Shown in pieces: positions 27,101-41,800 of a stretch of 64,000 bases of DNA (positions are counted from its first letter, which is position 1; every line of letters starts with the position of its first letter). The position numbers and the translations under genes were made by a program. This DNA comes from Azolla caroliniana (Eukaryota; Plantae; Polypodiophyta). Below the pieces are notes generated by a model. The model had not been told where the DNA came from. It did no database searches and was given only the letters and a program-made list of their open reading frames with translations. The stretch lies in NCBI GenBank assembly GCA_043228905.1, contig JBHGNT010000039.1, positions 199,125-263,124 on the forward strand, in the 5' to 3' direction.

Positions 27101-30100
27101 CTTCGATTCGCATGTTTGAACACAAAAATCCGATATCACACGAGCTAGGTATGAACATTTTTATTTACTCAAGGGCTCCTCTCAACTCCCTCGTCAAGGT
27201 TGCTAATTTCGTCATGTCTCTCGACCTGAGTTTCAAAATCTTGATTTTTTTAATTCCATATCATAGCTAGCGTTGTTAGCTTCGATTCGCATGTTTGAAC
27301 ACAAAAATCCGATATCACACGAGCTAGGTATGAACATTTTTATTTACTCAAGGGCTCCTCTCAACTCCCTCGTCAAGGTTGCTAATTTCGTCATGTCTCT
27401 CGACCTGAGTTTCAAAATCTTGATTTTTTAATTCCATATCATAGCTAACGTTGTTAGCTTCGATTCGCATGTTTGAACACAAAAATCCGATATCACACGA
27501 GCCAGGTTTGAACAGTGTAATTTACTCAAGGGCTCTTCTCAACTCACTCCTCAAATTTGCTAATTTCGTCATGTCTCTCGACCTGGGTTTCAAAATCTTG
27601 ATTTTTTAATTCCATATCATAGCTAGCGTTGTTAGCTTCGATTCGCATGTTTGAACACAAAAATCTGATATCACACGAGCCAGGTATGAACCAATTTAAT
27701 TTACTCAAGGGCTCCTCTCAACTCACTCCTCAAATTTGGTAATTTCGTCATGTCTCTCGACCTTAGTTTCAAAATCTTGATTTTTTAATTCGATATCATA
27801 GCTAGCGATGTTAGCTTCGATTCGCATGTTTGAACACAAAAATCCGATATCACACGTGCTAGGTATAACCTATTTAATTTACTCAAGGGCTCCTCTCAAC
27901 TCACTCCTCAAATTTTGTAATTTCGTCATGTCTCTCGACCTGGGTTTCAAAATCTTGATTTTTTAATTCCATATCATAGCTAGCGTTGTTAGCTTTGATT
28001 CGCATGTTTGAACACAAAAATCCGATATCACACGAGCCAGGTATGAACATTTTAATTTACTCAAGGGCTCCTCTCAACTCCCTCCTCAAATTTGCTAATT
28101 TCGTCATGTCTCTTGACCTGAGTTTCAAAATCTTGATTTTTTAATTCCATATCATAGCTAGCGTTGTTAGCTTCGATTCGCATGTTTGTACACAAATATC
28201 CGATATCACACGAGCTAGGAATGAACATTTTAATTTACTCAAGGGCTCCTCTCAACTCACTCCTCAAATTTGGTAATTTCGTCATGTCTCTCGACGTTAG
28301 TTTCAAAATCTTGATTTTTTAATTCCATATCATAGCTAGCGTTGTTAGCTTCGATTCGCATGTTTGAACACAAAAATCCGATATCACACGAGTTAGGTAT
28401 CAACATTTTTATTTACTCAAGGGTTCCTCTCAATTCCCTCGTCAAGGTTGCTAATTTCGTCATATCTCTCGACCTGAGTTTCAAAATCTTGATTTTTTAA
28501 ATCCATATCATAGCTAGCGTTGTTGGCTTCGATTCGCATGTTTGAACACAAAAATCCGATATCACACGAGCCAGGTATGAACATTGTAATTTACCTACTA
28601 GCTCTTCTCAACTCCCTCCTCAAATTTGCTAATTTCGTCATGTCTCTCGACCGGAGTTTCAAAATCTTGATTTTTTAATTCCATATCATAGCTAGCGTTG
28701 TTAGCTTCGATTCGCATGTTTGAACACAAAAATCCGATATCACACGAGCTAGGTATGAACATTTTTATTTACTCAAGGGTTCCTCTCAACTCCCTCGTCA
28801 AGGTTGCTAATTTCGTCATACCTCTCGACCTGAGTTTCAAAATCTTGATTTTTTAAATCCATATCATAGCTAGCGTTGTTGGCTTCGATTCGCATGTTTG
28901 AACACAAAAATCCAATATCACACGAGCCAGGTATGAACATTGTAATTTACCTACTAGCTCTTCTCAACTCCCTCCTCAAATTTGGTAATTTCGTCATGTC
29001 TCTCGACCTTAGTTTCAAAATCTTGATTTTTTAATTCCATATCATAGCTAGCGTTGTTAGCTTCGATTCGCATGTTTGAACACAAAAATCCGATATCACA
29101 CGAGCTAGGTATGAACATTTTTATTTACTCAAGGGCTCCTCTCAACTCCCTCGTCAAGGTTGCTAATTTCGTCATGTCTCTCGACCTGAGTTTCAAAATC
29201 TTGATTTTTTTAATTCCATATCATAGCTAGCGTTGTTAGCTTCGATTCGCATGTTTGAACACAAAAATCCGATATCACACGAGCTAGGTATGAACATTTT
29301 TATTTACTCAAGGGCTCCTCTCAACTCCCTCGTCAAGGTTGCTAATCTCGTCATGTCTCTCGACCTGAGTTTCAAAATCTTGATTTTTTAATTCCATATC
29401 ATAGCTAACGTTGTTAGCTTCGATTCGCATGTTTGAACACAGAAATCCGATATCACACGAGCCAGGTATGAACATTTTAATTTACTCAAGGGCTCCTCTC
29501 AACTCCCTCCTCAAATTTTGTAATTTCGTCATGTCTCTCGACCTGGGTTTCAAAATCTTGATTTTTTAATTCCATATCATAGCTAGCGTTGTTAGCTTCG
29601 ATTCGCATGTTTGAACACAAAAATCTGATATCACACTCGCTAGGTATAACCATTTTAATTTACTCAAGGGCTCCTCTCAACTCACTCCTCAAATTTGGTA
29701 ATTTCGTCATGTCTCTCGACCTTAGTTTCAAAATCTTGATTTTTTAATTCCATATCATAGCTAGCGTTGTTAGCTTCGATTCGCATGTTTGAACACAAAA
29801 ATCCGATATCACACGAGCCAGGTATGAACCAATTTAATTTACTGAAGGGCTCCTCTCAACTCCCTCCTCAAATTTGCTAATTTCGTCATGTCTCTCGACC
29901 TTAGTTTCAAAATCTTGATTTTTTAATTCCATATCATAGCTAGCGTTGTTAGCTTCGATTCGCATGTTTGAACACAAAAATCCGATATCACACGTGCTAG
30001 GTATAACCAATTTAATTTACTCAAGGGCTCCTCTCAACTCCCTCGTCAAGGTTGCTAATTTCGTCATATCTCTCGACCTGAATTTCAAAATCTTGATTTT

Positions 30101-30930
30101 TTAATTCCATATCATAGCTAGCGTTGTTGGCTTCGATTCGCATGTTTGAACACAAAAATCCGATATCACACGAGCCAGGTATGAACATTGTAATTTACCT
30201 ACTAGCTCTTCTCAACTCCCTCCTCAAATTTGCTAATTTCGTCATGTCTCTCGACCTGAGTTTCAAAATCTTGATTTTTTAATTCCATATCATAGCTAGC
30301 GTTGTTAGCTTCGATTCGCATGTTTGAACACAAAAATCCGATATCACACGAGTTAGGTATCAACATTTTTATTTACTCAAGGGTTCCTCTCAACTCCCTC
30401 GTCAAGGTTGCTAATTTCGTCATATCTCTCGACCTGAGTTTCATAATCTCGATTTTTTAAATCCATATTATAGCTAGCGTTGTTGGCTTCGATTCGCATG
30501 TTTGAACACAAAAATCCGATATCACACGAGCCAGGTATGAACATTGTAATTTACCTACTAGCTCTTCTCAACTCCCTCCTCAAATTTGGTAATTTCGTCA
30601 TGTCTCTTGACCTGAGTTTCAAAATCTTGATTTTTTAATTCCATATCATAGCTAGCGTTGTTAGCTTCGATTCGCATGTTTGAACACAAAAATCCGATAT
30701 CACACGAGCCAGGTATGAACATTTTAATTTACTCAAGGGCTCCTCTCAACTCACTCCTCAAATTTGCTAATTTCGTCATGTCTCTCGACCTTAGTTTCAA
30801 AATCTTGATTTTTTAATTCTATATCATAGCTAGCGTTGTTACCTTCGATTCGCATGTTTGAACACAAAAATCCGATATCACACGAGTTAGGTATCAACAT
30901 TTTTATTTACTCAAGGGCTCCTCTCAACTC
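21200..30930. repeat. Older, diverged block duplication (about 21200-24880 vs about 27790-30930) with whole-monomer indels
   Basis: TATAACCTAT at 21271/27864 (offset 6593). AAAAATCCAATAT at 22491/28906 and TGATATCACACTCG at 23211/29626 (offset 6415). TTCATAATCT at 24381/30440 and TACCTTCG at 24781/30840 (offset 6059). Confidence 0.78.
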
Positions 30931-33900
30931 CCTCCTCAAATTTGCTAATTTCTTCATGTCTCTCGACCTTAGTTTCAAAATCTTGATTTTTTAAATCCAT
31001 ATCATAGCTAGCGTTGTTGGCTTCGATTCGCATGTTTGAACACAAAAATCCGATATCACACGAGCCAGGTATGAACATTTTAATTTACTCAAGGGCTCCT
31101 CTCAACTCACTCCTCAAATTTGCTAATTTCGTCATGTCTCTCGACCTGAGTTTCAAAATCTTGCTTTTTTAATTCCATATCATAGCTAGCGTTGTTAGCT
31201 TCGATTCGCATGTTTGAACACAAAAATCCGATATCACACGTGCTAGGTATAACCAATTTAATTTACTCAAGGGTTCCTCTCAACTCCCTCGTCAAGGTTG
31301 CTAATTTCGTCATACCTCTCGACCTGAGTTTCAAAATCTTGATTTTTTAATTCCATATCATAGCTAGCGTTGTTAGCTTCGATTCGCATGTTTGAACACA
31401 AAAATCCGATATCACACGAGCTAGATATGAACATTTTAATTTACTCAAGGGCTCCTCTCAACTCCCTCCTCAAATTTGGTAATTTCGTCATGTCTCTCGA
31501 CCTTAGTTTCAAAATCTTGATTTTTTAATTCCATATCATAGCTAGCGTTGTTAGCTTCGATTCGCATGTTTGAACACAAAAATCCGATATCACACGAGCT
31601 AGGTATGAACATTTTTATTTACTCAAGGGCTCCTCTCAACTCCCTCGTCAAGGTTGCTAATTTCGTCATGTCTCTCGACCTTAGTTTACAAATCTTGATT
31701 TTTTTAATTCCATATCATAGCTAGCGTTGTTAGCTTCGATTCGCATGTTTGAACACAAAAATCCGATATCACACGAGCTAGGTATGAACATTTTTATTTA
31801 CTCAAGGGCTCCTCTTAACTCCCTCGTCAAGGTTGCTAATTTCGTCATGTCTCTCGACGTTAGTTTCAAAATCTTGATTTTTTAATTCCATATCATAGCT
31901 AGCGTTGTTAGCTTCGATTCGCATGTTTGAACACAAAAATCCGATATCACACGAGCCAGGTATGAACCAATTTAATTTACTCAAGGGCTCCTCTCAACTC
32001 CCTCCTCAAATTTTCTAATGTCTCTCGACCTTAGTTTCAAAATCTTGATTTTTTAATTCCATATCATAGCTAGCGTTGTTAGCTTCGATTCGCATGTTTG
32101 AACACAAAAATCCGATATCACACGAGCCAGGTATGAACATTTTAATTTACTCAAGGGCTCCTCTCAACTCACTCCTCAAATTTGCTAATTTCGTCATGTC
32201 TCTCGACCTGAGTTTCAAAATCTTGCTTTTTTAATTCCATATCATAGCTAGCGTTGTTAGCTTCGATTCGCATGTTTGAACACAAAAATCCGATATCACA
32301 CGTGCTAGGTATAACCAATTTAATTTACTCAAGGCTTCCTCTCAACTCCCTCGTCAAGGTTGCTAATTTCGTCATACCTCTCGACCTGAGTTTCAAAATC
32401 TTGATTTTTTAATTCCATATCATAGCTAGCGTTGTTAGGTTCGATTCGCATGTTTGAACACAAAAATCCGATATCACACGAGCTAGATATGAACATATTT
32501 ATTTACTCAAGGGTTCCTCTCAACTCCCTCGTCAAGGTTGCTAATTTCGTCATACCTCTCGACCTGAGTTTCAAAATCTTGATTTTTTAAATCCATATCA
32601 TAGCTAGCGTTGTTGGCTTCGATTCGGTTGTTTGAACACAAAAATCTGATATTACACGAGCCAGGTATGAACATTGTAATTTACCTACTAGCTCTTCTCA
32701 ACTCCCTCCTCAAATTTGGTAATTTCGTCATGTCTCTCGACCTTAGTTTCAAAATCTTGATTTTTTAATTCCATATCATAGCTAGCGTTGTTAGCTTCGA
32801 TTCGCATGTTTGAACACAAAAATCCGATATCACACGAGCCAGGTATGAACCAATTTAATTTACTGAAGGGCTCCTCTCAACTCCCTCCTCAAATTTGCTA
32901 ATTTCGTCATGTCTCTCGACCTTAGTTTCAAAATCTTGATTTTTTAATTCCATATCATAGCTAGCGTTGTTAGCTTCGATTCGCATGTTTGAACACAAAA
33001 ATCCGATATCACACGTGCTAGGTATAACCAATTTAATTTACTCAAGGGCTCCTCTCAACTCCCTCGTCAAGGTTGCTAATTTCGTCATATCTCTCGACCT
33101 GAATTTCAAAATCTTGATTTTTTAATTCCATATCATAGCTAGCGTTGTTGGCTTCGATTCGCATGTTTGAACACAAAAATCCGATATCACACGAGCCAGG
33201 TATGAACATTGTAATTTACCTACTAGCTCTTCTCAACTCCCTCCTCAAATTTGCTAATTTCGTCATGTCTCTCGACCTGAGTTTCAAAATCTTGATTTTT
33301 TAATTCCATATCATAGCTAGCGTTGTTAGCTTCGATTCGCATGTTTGAACACAAAAATCCGATATCACACGAGTTAGGTATCAACATTTTTATTTACTCA
33401 AGGGTTCCTCTCAACTCCCTCGTCAAGGTTGCTAATTTCGTCATATCTCTCGACCTGAGTTTCATAATCTCGATTTTTTAAATCCATATTATAGCTAGCG
33501 TTGTTGGCTTCGATTCGCATGTTTGAACACAAAAATCCGATATCACACGAGCCAGGTATGAACATTGTAATTTACCTACTAGCTCTTCTCAACTCCCTCC
33601 TCAAATTTGGTAATTTCGTCATGTCTCTTGACCTGAGTTTCAAAATCTTGATTTTTTAATTCCATATCATAGCTAGCGTTGTTAGCTTCGATTCGCATGT
33701 TTGAACACAAAAATCCGATATCACACGAGCCAGGTATGAACATTTTAATTTACTCAAGGGCTCCTCTCAACTCACTCCTCAAATTTGCTAATTTCGTCAT
33801 GTCTCTCGACCTTAGTTTCAAAATCTTGATTTTTTAATTCTATATCATAGCTAGCGTTGTTACCTTCGATTCGCATGTTTGAACACAAAAATCCGATATC

Positions 33901-35860
33901 ACACGAGTTAGGTATCAACATTTTTATTTACTCAAGGGCTCCTCTCAACTCCCTCCTCAAATTTGCTAATTTCTTCATGTCTCTCGACCTTAGTTTCAAA
34001 ATCTTGATTTTTTAAATCCATATCATAGCTAGCGTTGTTGGCTTCGATTCGCATGTTTGAACACAAAAATCCGATATCACACGAGCCAGGTATGAACATT
34101 TTAATTTACTCAAGGGCTCCTCTCAACTCACTCCTCAAATTTGCTAATTTCGTCATGTCTCTCGACCTGAGTTTCAAAATCTTGCTTTTTTAATTCCATA
34201 TCATAGCTAGCGTTGTTAGCTTCGATTCGCATGTTTGAACACAAAAATCCGATATCACACGTGCTAGGTATAACCAATTTAATTTACTCAAGGGTTCCTC
34301 TCAACTCCCTCGTCAAGGTTGCTAATTTCGTCATACCTCTCGACCTGAGTTTCAAAATCTTGATTTTTTAATTCCATATCATAGCTAGCGTTGTTAGCTT
34401 CGATTCGCATGTTTGAACACAAAAATCCGATATCACACGAGCTAGATATGAACATTTTAATTTACTCAAGGGCTCCTCTCAACTCCCTCCTCAAATTTGG
34501 TAATTTCGTCATGTCTCTCGACCTTAGTTTCAAAATCTTGATTTTTTAATTCCATATCATAGCTAGCGTTGTTAGCTTCGATTCGCATGTTTGAACACAA
34601 AAATCCGATATCACACGAGCTAGGTATGAACATTTTTATTTACTCAAGGGCTCCTCTCAACTCCCTCGTCAAGGTTGCTAATTTCGTCATGTCTCTCGAC
34701 CTTAGTTTACAAATCTTGATTTTTTTAATTCCATATCATAGCTAGCGTTGTTAGCTTCGATTCGCATGTTTGAACACAAAAATCCGATATCACACGAGCT
34801 AGGTATGAACATTTTTATTTACTCAAGGGCTCCTCTTAACTCCCTCGTCAAGGTTGCTAATTTCGTCATGTCTCTCGACGTTAGTTTCAAAATCTTGATT
34901 TTTTAATTCCATATCATAGCTAGCGTTGTTAGCTTCGATTCGCATGTTTGAACACAAAAATCCGATATCACACGAGCCAGGTATGAACCAATTTAATTTA
35001 CTCAAGGGCTCCTCTCAACTCCCTCCTCAAATTTTCTAATGTCTCTCGACCTTAGTTTCAAAATCTTGATTTTTTAATTCCATATCATAGCTAGCGTTGT
35101 TAGCTTCGATTCGCATGTTTGAACACAAAAATCCGATATCACACGAGCCAGGTATGAACATTTTAATTTACTCAAGGGCTCCTCTCAACTCACTCCTCAA
35201 ATTTGCTAATTTCGTCATGTCTCTCGACCTGAGTTTCAAAATCTTGCTTTTTTAATTCCATATCATAGCTAGCGTTGTTAGCTTCGATTCGCATGTTTGA
35301 ACACAAAAATCCGATATCACACGTGCTAGGTATAACCAATTTAATTTACTCAAGGCTTCCTCTCAACTCCCTCGTCAAGGTTGCTAATTTCGTCATACCT
35401 CTCGACCTGAGTTTCAAAATCTTGATTTTTTAATTCCATATCATAGCTAGCGTTGTTAGGTTCGATTCGCATGTTTGAACACAAAAATCCGATATCACAC
35501 GAGCTAGATATGAACATATTTATTTACTCAAGGGTTCCTCTCAACTCCCTCGTCAAGGTTGCTAATTTCGTCATACCTCTCGACCTGAGTTTCAAAATCT
35601 TGATTTTTTAAATCCATATCATAGCTAGCGTTGTTGGCTTCGATTCGGTTGTTTGAACACAAAAATCTGATATTACACGAGCCAGGTATGAACATTGTAA
35701 TTTACCTACTAGCTCTTCTCAACTCCCTCCTCAAATTTGGTAATTTCGTCATGTCTCTCGACCTTAGTTTCAAAATCTTGATTTTTTAATTCCATATCAT
35801 AGCTAGCGTTGTTAGCTTCGATTCGCATGTTTGAACACAAAAATCCGATATCACACGAGC
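29685..35860. repeat. 17-monomer tandem duplication (3021-bp period), two near-identical copies
   Basis: ACTGAAGGG at 29841/32862, the 8-bp deletion junction at 32019/35040, GATTCGGTTG at 32621/35642 and the identical ORF-track entries at 31802/34823 all give offset 3021. Confidence 0.93.
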
Positions 35861-38800
35861 TAGGTATGAACATTTTTATTTACTCAAGGGCTCCTCTCAA
35901 CTCCCTCGTCAAGGTTGCTAATTTCGTCATGTCTCTCGACCTTAGTTTACAAATCTTGATTTTTTTAATTCCATATCATAGCTAGCGTTGTTAGCTTCGA
36001 TTCGCATGTTTGAACACAAAAATCCGATATCACACGAGCTAGGTATGAACATTTCTATTTACTCAAGGGCTCCTCTTAACTCCCTCGTCAAGGTTGCTAA
36101 TTTCGTCATGTCTCTCGACGTTAGTTTCAAAATCTTGATTTTTTAATTCCATATCATAGCTAGCGTTGTTAGCTTCGATTCGCATGTTTGAACACAAAAA
36201 TCCGATATCACACGAGCCAGGTATGAACCAATTTAATTTACTCAAGGGCTCCTCTCAACTCCCTCCTCAAATTTTCTAATGTCTCTCGACCTTAGTTTCA
36301 AAATCTTGATTTTTTAATTCCATATCATAGCTAGTGTTGTTAGCTTCGATTCGCATGTTTGAACACAAAAATCCGATATCACACGAGCCAGGTATGAACA
36401 TTTTAATTTACTCAAGGGCTCCTCTCAACTCACTCCTCAAATTTGCTAATTTCGTCATGTCTCTCGACCTGAGTTTCAAAATCTTGCTTTTTTAATTCCA
36501 TATCATAGCTAGCGTTGTTAGCTTCGATTCGCATGTTTGAACAGAAAAAATCCGATATAACACGTGCTAGGTATAACCAATTTAATTTACTCAAGGGTTC
36601 CTCTCAACTCCCTCGTCAAGGTTGCTAATTTCGTCATACCTCTCGACCTGAGTTTCAAAATCTTGATTTTTTAAATCCATATCATAGCTAGCGTTGTTGG
36701 CTTCGATTCGCATGTTTGAACACAAAAATCTGATATCACACGAGCCAGGTATGAACATTGTAATTTACCTACTAGCTCTTCTCAACTCCCTCCTCAAATT
36801 TGGTAATTTCGTGATGTCTCTCGACCTTAGTTTCAAAATCTTGATTTTTTAATTCCATATCATAGCTAGTGTTGTTAGCTTCGATTCTCATGTTTGAACA
36901 CAAAAATCCGATATCACACGAGCCAGGTATGAACATTTTAATTTACTCAAGGGCTCCTCTCAACTCACTCCTCAAATTTGCTAATTTCGTCATGTCTCTC
37001 GACCTGAGTTTCAAAATCTTGCTTTTTTAATTCCATATCATAGCTAGCGTTGTTAGCTTCGATTCGCATGTTTGAACACAAAAATCCGATATAACACGTG
37101 CTAGGTATAACCAATTTAATTTACTCAAGGGTTCCTCTCAACTCCCTCGTCAAGGTTGCTAATTTCGTCATACCTCTCGACCTGAGTTTCAAAATCTTGA
37201 TTTTTTAAATCCATATCATAGCTAGCGTTGTTGGCTTCGATTCGCATGTTTGAACACAAAAATCTGATATCACACGAGCCAGGTATGAACATTGTAATTT
37301 ACCTACTAGCTCTTCTCAACTCCCTCCTCAAATTTGGTAATTTCGTCATGTCTCTCGACCTTAGTTTCAAAATCTTGATTTTTTAATTCCATATCATAGC
37401 TAGCGTTGTTAGCTTCGATTCGCATGTTTGAACACAAAAATCCGATATCACACGAGCTAGGTATGAACATTTTTATTTACTCAAGGGCTCCTCTCAACTC
37501 CCTCGTCAAGGTTGCTAATTTCGTCATGTCTCTCGACCTTAGTTTCAAAATCTTGATTTTTTTAATTCCATATCATAGCTAGCGTTGTTAGCTTCGATTC
37601 GCATGTTTGAACACAAAAATCCGATATCACACGAGCTAGGTATGAACATTTTTATTTACTCAAGGGCTCCTCTTAACTCCCTCGTCAAGGTTGCTAATTT
37701 CGTCATGTCTCTCGACGTTAGTTTCAAAATCTTGATATTTTAATTCCATATCATAGCTAGCGTTGTTAGCTTCGATTCGCATGTTTGAACACAAAAATCC
37801 GATATCGCACGAGCCAGGTATGAACCAATTTAATTTACTCAAGGGCTCCTCTCAACTCCCTCCTCAAATTTGCTAATTTCGTCATGTCTCTCGACCTTAG
37901 TTTCAAAATCTTGATTTTTTAATTCCATATCATAGCTAGCGTTGTTGGCTTCGATTCGCATGTTTGAACACAAAAATCCAATATCACACGAGCCAGGTAT
38001 GAACATTGTAATTTACCTACTAGCTCTTCTCAACTCCCTCCTCAAATTTGGTAATTTCGTCATGTCTCTCGACCTTAGTTTCAAAATCTTGATTTTTTAA
38101 TTCCATATCATAGCTAGCGTTGTTAGCTTCGATTCGCATGTTTGAACACAAAAATCCGATATCACACGAGCTAGGTATAACATTTTTATTTACTCAAGGG
38201 CTCCTCTCAACTCCCTCGTCAAGGATGCTAATTTCGTCATGTCTCTCGACCTGAGTTTCAAAATCTTGATTTTTTAATTCCATATCATAGCTAACGTTGT
38301 TAGCTTCGATTCGCATGTTTGAACACAGAAATCCGATATCACACGAGCCAGGTATGAACATTTTAATTTACTCAAGGGCTCCTCTGAACTCCCTCCTCAA
38401 ATTTTGTAATTTCGTCATGTCTCTCGACCTGGGTTTCAAAATCTTGATTTTTTTAATTCCATATCATAGCTAGCGTTGTTAGCTTCGATTCGCATGTTTG
38501 AACACAAAAATCCGATATCACACGAGCTAGGTATGAACATTTTTATTTACTCAAGGGCTCCTCTTAACTCCCTCGTCAAGGTTGCTAATTTCGTCATGTC
38601 TCTCGACGTTAGTTTCAAAATCTTGATTTTTTAATTCCATATCATAGCTAGCGTTGTTAGCTTCGATTCGCATGTTTGAACACAAAAATCCGATATCACA
38701 CGAGCTAGGTATGAACATTTTTATTTACTCAAGGGTTCCTCTCAACTCCCTCGTCAAGGTTGCTAATTTCGTCATATCTCTCGACCTGAGTTTCAAAATC

Positions 38801-41800
38801 TTGATTTTTTAAATCCATATCATAGCTAGCGTTGTTGGCTTCGATTCGCATGTTTGAACACAAAAATCCGATATCACACGAGCCAGGTATGAACATTGTA
38901 ATTTACCTACTAGCTCTTCTCAACTCCCTCCTCAAATTTGGTAATTTCGTGATGTCTCTCGACCTTAGTTTCAAAATCTTGATTTTTTAATTCCATATCA
39001 TAGCTAGTGTTGTTTGCTTCGATTCGCATGTTTGAACACAAAAATCCGATATCACACGAGCCAGGTATGAACATTTTAATTTACTCAAGGGCTCCTCTCA
39101 ACTCACTCCTCAAATTTGCTAATTTCGTCATGTCTCTCGACCTTAGTTTCAAAATCTTGATTTTTTAATTCTATATCATAGCTAGCGTTGTTAGCTTCGA
39201 TTCGCATGTTTGAACACAAAAATCCGATATCACACGAGTTAGGTATCAACATTTTTATTTACTCAAGGGTTCCTCTCAACTCCCTCCTTAAATTTGGTAA
39301 TTTCGTCATGTCTCTCGACCTTAGTTTCAAAATCTTGATTTTTTAATTCCATATCATAGCTAGCGTTGTTAGCTTCGATTCGAATGTTTGAACACAAAAA
39401 TCCGATATCACACGAGCTAGGTATGAACATTTTTATTTACTCAAGGGCTCCTCTCAACTCCCTCGTCAAGGTTGCTAATTTCGTCATGTCTCTCGACCTT
39501 AGTTTAAAAATCTTGATTTTTTTTACTTCCATATCATAGCTAGCGTTGTTAGCTTCGATTCGCATGTTTGAACACAAAAATCCGATATCACACGAGCTAG
39601 GTATGAACATTTTTATTTACTCAAGGGCTCTTCTCAACTCCCTCGTCAAGGTTGCTAATTTCGTCATGTCTCTCGACCTGAGTTTCAAAATCTTGATTTT
39701 TTAATTCCATATCATAGCTAGCGTTGTTAGCTTCGATTCGCATGTTTGAACACAAAAATCCGATATCACACGAGCCAGGTATGAACACTGTAATTTACTC
39801 AAGGGCTCTTCTCAACTCACTCCTCAAATTTGCTAATTTCGTCCTGTCTCTCGACCTTAGTTTCAAAATCTTGATTTTTTAATTCCATATCATAGCTAGC
39901 GTTGTTAGCTTCGATTCGCATGTTTGAACACAAAAATCCGATATCACACGAGTTAGGTATCAACATTTTTATTTACTCAAGGGTTCCTCTCAACTCACTC
40001 CTCAAACTTGCTAATTTCGTCATGTCTCTTGACCTGAGTTTCAAAATCTTGTTTTTTTTATTCCATATCATAGCTAGCGTTGTTAGCTTACATTCGCATG
40101 TTTGAACACAAAAATCCGATATCACACGAGCCAGGTATGAACATTTTAATTCACTCACGCGCTCTTCCAACCTCACTCCTCAAATTTGGTAATTTTTCAT
40201 GTCTCTCGACTTGAGTTGCAAAATCTTGATTTTTTAATTCCATATCATAGCTAGCGTTGTTAGCTTCGTTTCGCATGTTTGAACACAAAAATCCAATATC
40301 ACACGAACCAGATATGAACATTATAATTTACCTACTAGCTCTTCTCAACTCCCTCCTGAAATTTGGAAATTTCGTCATGTCCCTCGACCTAAGTTTCAAA
40401 ATCTTGATTTTTTAATTCCATATCATAGCTAGCGTTGTTAGCTTCGATTCGCATGTTTGTACACAAAAATCCGATATCACACGAGCCAGGTATGAACATT
40501 GTAATTTACCTACTAGCTCTTCTCAACTCCCTCCTCAAATTTGGTAATTTCGTCATGTCTCTCGACCTTAGTTTCAAAATCTTGATTTTTTAATTCCATA
40601 TCATAGCTAGCGTTGTTAGCTTCGATTCGCATGTTTGAACACAAAAATCCGATATCACACGAGTTAGGTATCAACATTTTTATTTACTCAAGGGTTCCTC
40701 TCAACTCCCTCGTCAAGGTTGCTAATTTCGTCATATCTCTCGACCTGAGTTTCAAAATCTTGATTTTTTAAATCCATATCATAGCTAGCGTTGTTGGCTT
40801 CGATTCGCATGTTTGAACACAAAAATCCGATATCACACGAGCCAGGTATGAACATTGTAATTTACCTACTAGCTCTTCTCAACTCCCTCCTCAAATTTGC
40901 TAATTTCGTCATGTCTCTCGACCTTAGTTTCAAAATCTTGATTTTTTAATTCTATATCATAGCTAGCGTTGTTAGCTTCGATTCGCATGTTTGAACACAA
41001 AAATCCGATATCACACGAGCCAGGTATGAACATTTTAATTCACTCACGTGCTCTTCCAACCTCACTCCTCAAATTTGGTAATTTTTCATGTCTCTCCACT
41101 TGAGTTGCAAAATCTTGATTTTTTAATTCCATATCATAGCTAGCGTTGTTAGCTTCGTTTCGCATGTTTGAACACAAAAATCCAATATCACACGAACCAG
41201 ATATGAACATTATAATTTACCTACTAGCTCTTCTCAACTCCCTCCTGAAATTTGGAAATTTCGTCATGTCCCTCGACCTGAGTTTCAAAATCTTGATTTT
41301 TTAATTCCATATCATAGCTAGCGTTGTTAGCTTCGATTCGCATGTTTGTACACAAAAATCCGATATCACACGAGCCAGGTATGAACATTGTAATTTACCT
41401 ACTAGCTCTTCTCAACTCCCTCCTCAAATTTGGTAATTTCGTCATGTCTCTCGACCTTAGTTTCAAAATCTTGATTTTTTAATTCCATATCATAGCTAGC
41501 GTTGTTAGCTTCGATTCGCATGTTTGAACACAAAAATCCGATATCACACGAGCTAGGTATGAACATTTTTATTTACTCAAGGGTTCCTCTCAACTCCCTC
41601 GTCAAGGTTGCTAATTTCGTCATATCTCTCGACCTGAGTTTCAAAATCTTGATTTTTTAAATCCATATCATAGCTAGCGTTGTTGGCTTCGATTCGCATG
41701 TTTGAACACAAAAATCCGATATCACACGAGCCAGGTATGAACATTGTAATTTACCTACTAGCTCTTCTCAACTCCCTCCTCAAATTTGCTAATTTCGTCA

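Noticed and set aside
20575-37842. Seven 60-aa minus-strand ORFs (MSKLNWFIPGSCDIG...) in the ORF track
   Set aside because: Each is one satellite monomer read from a TTG. They reach 60 aa only where the +1 GAACCAATTT variant extends the frame. There is no gene context, so I do not call them CDS.
25491-40176. Overlapping 67-aa ORFs on both strands at 25491-25765 and 39902-40176
   Set aside because: They are chance stop losses in a duplicated variant monomer (TTGTTTTTTTATT). They are useful only as duplication markers.
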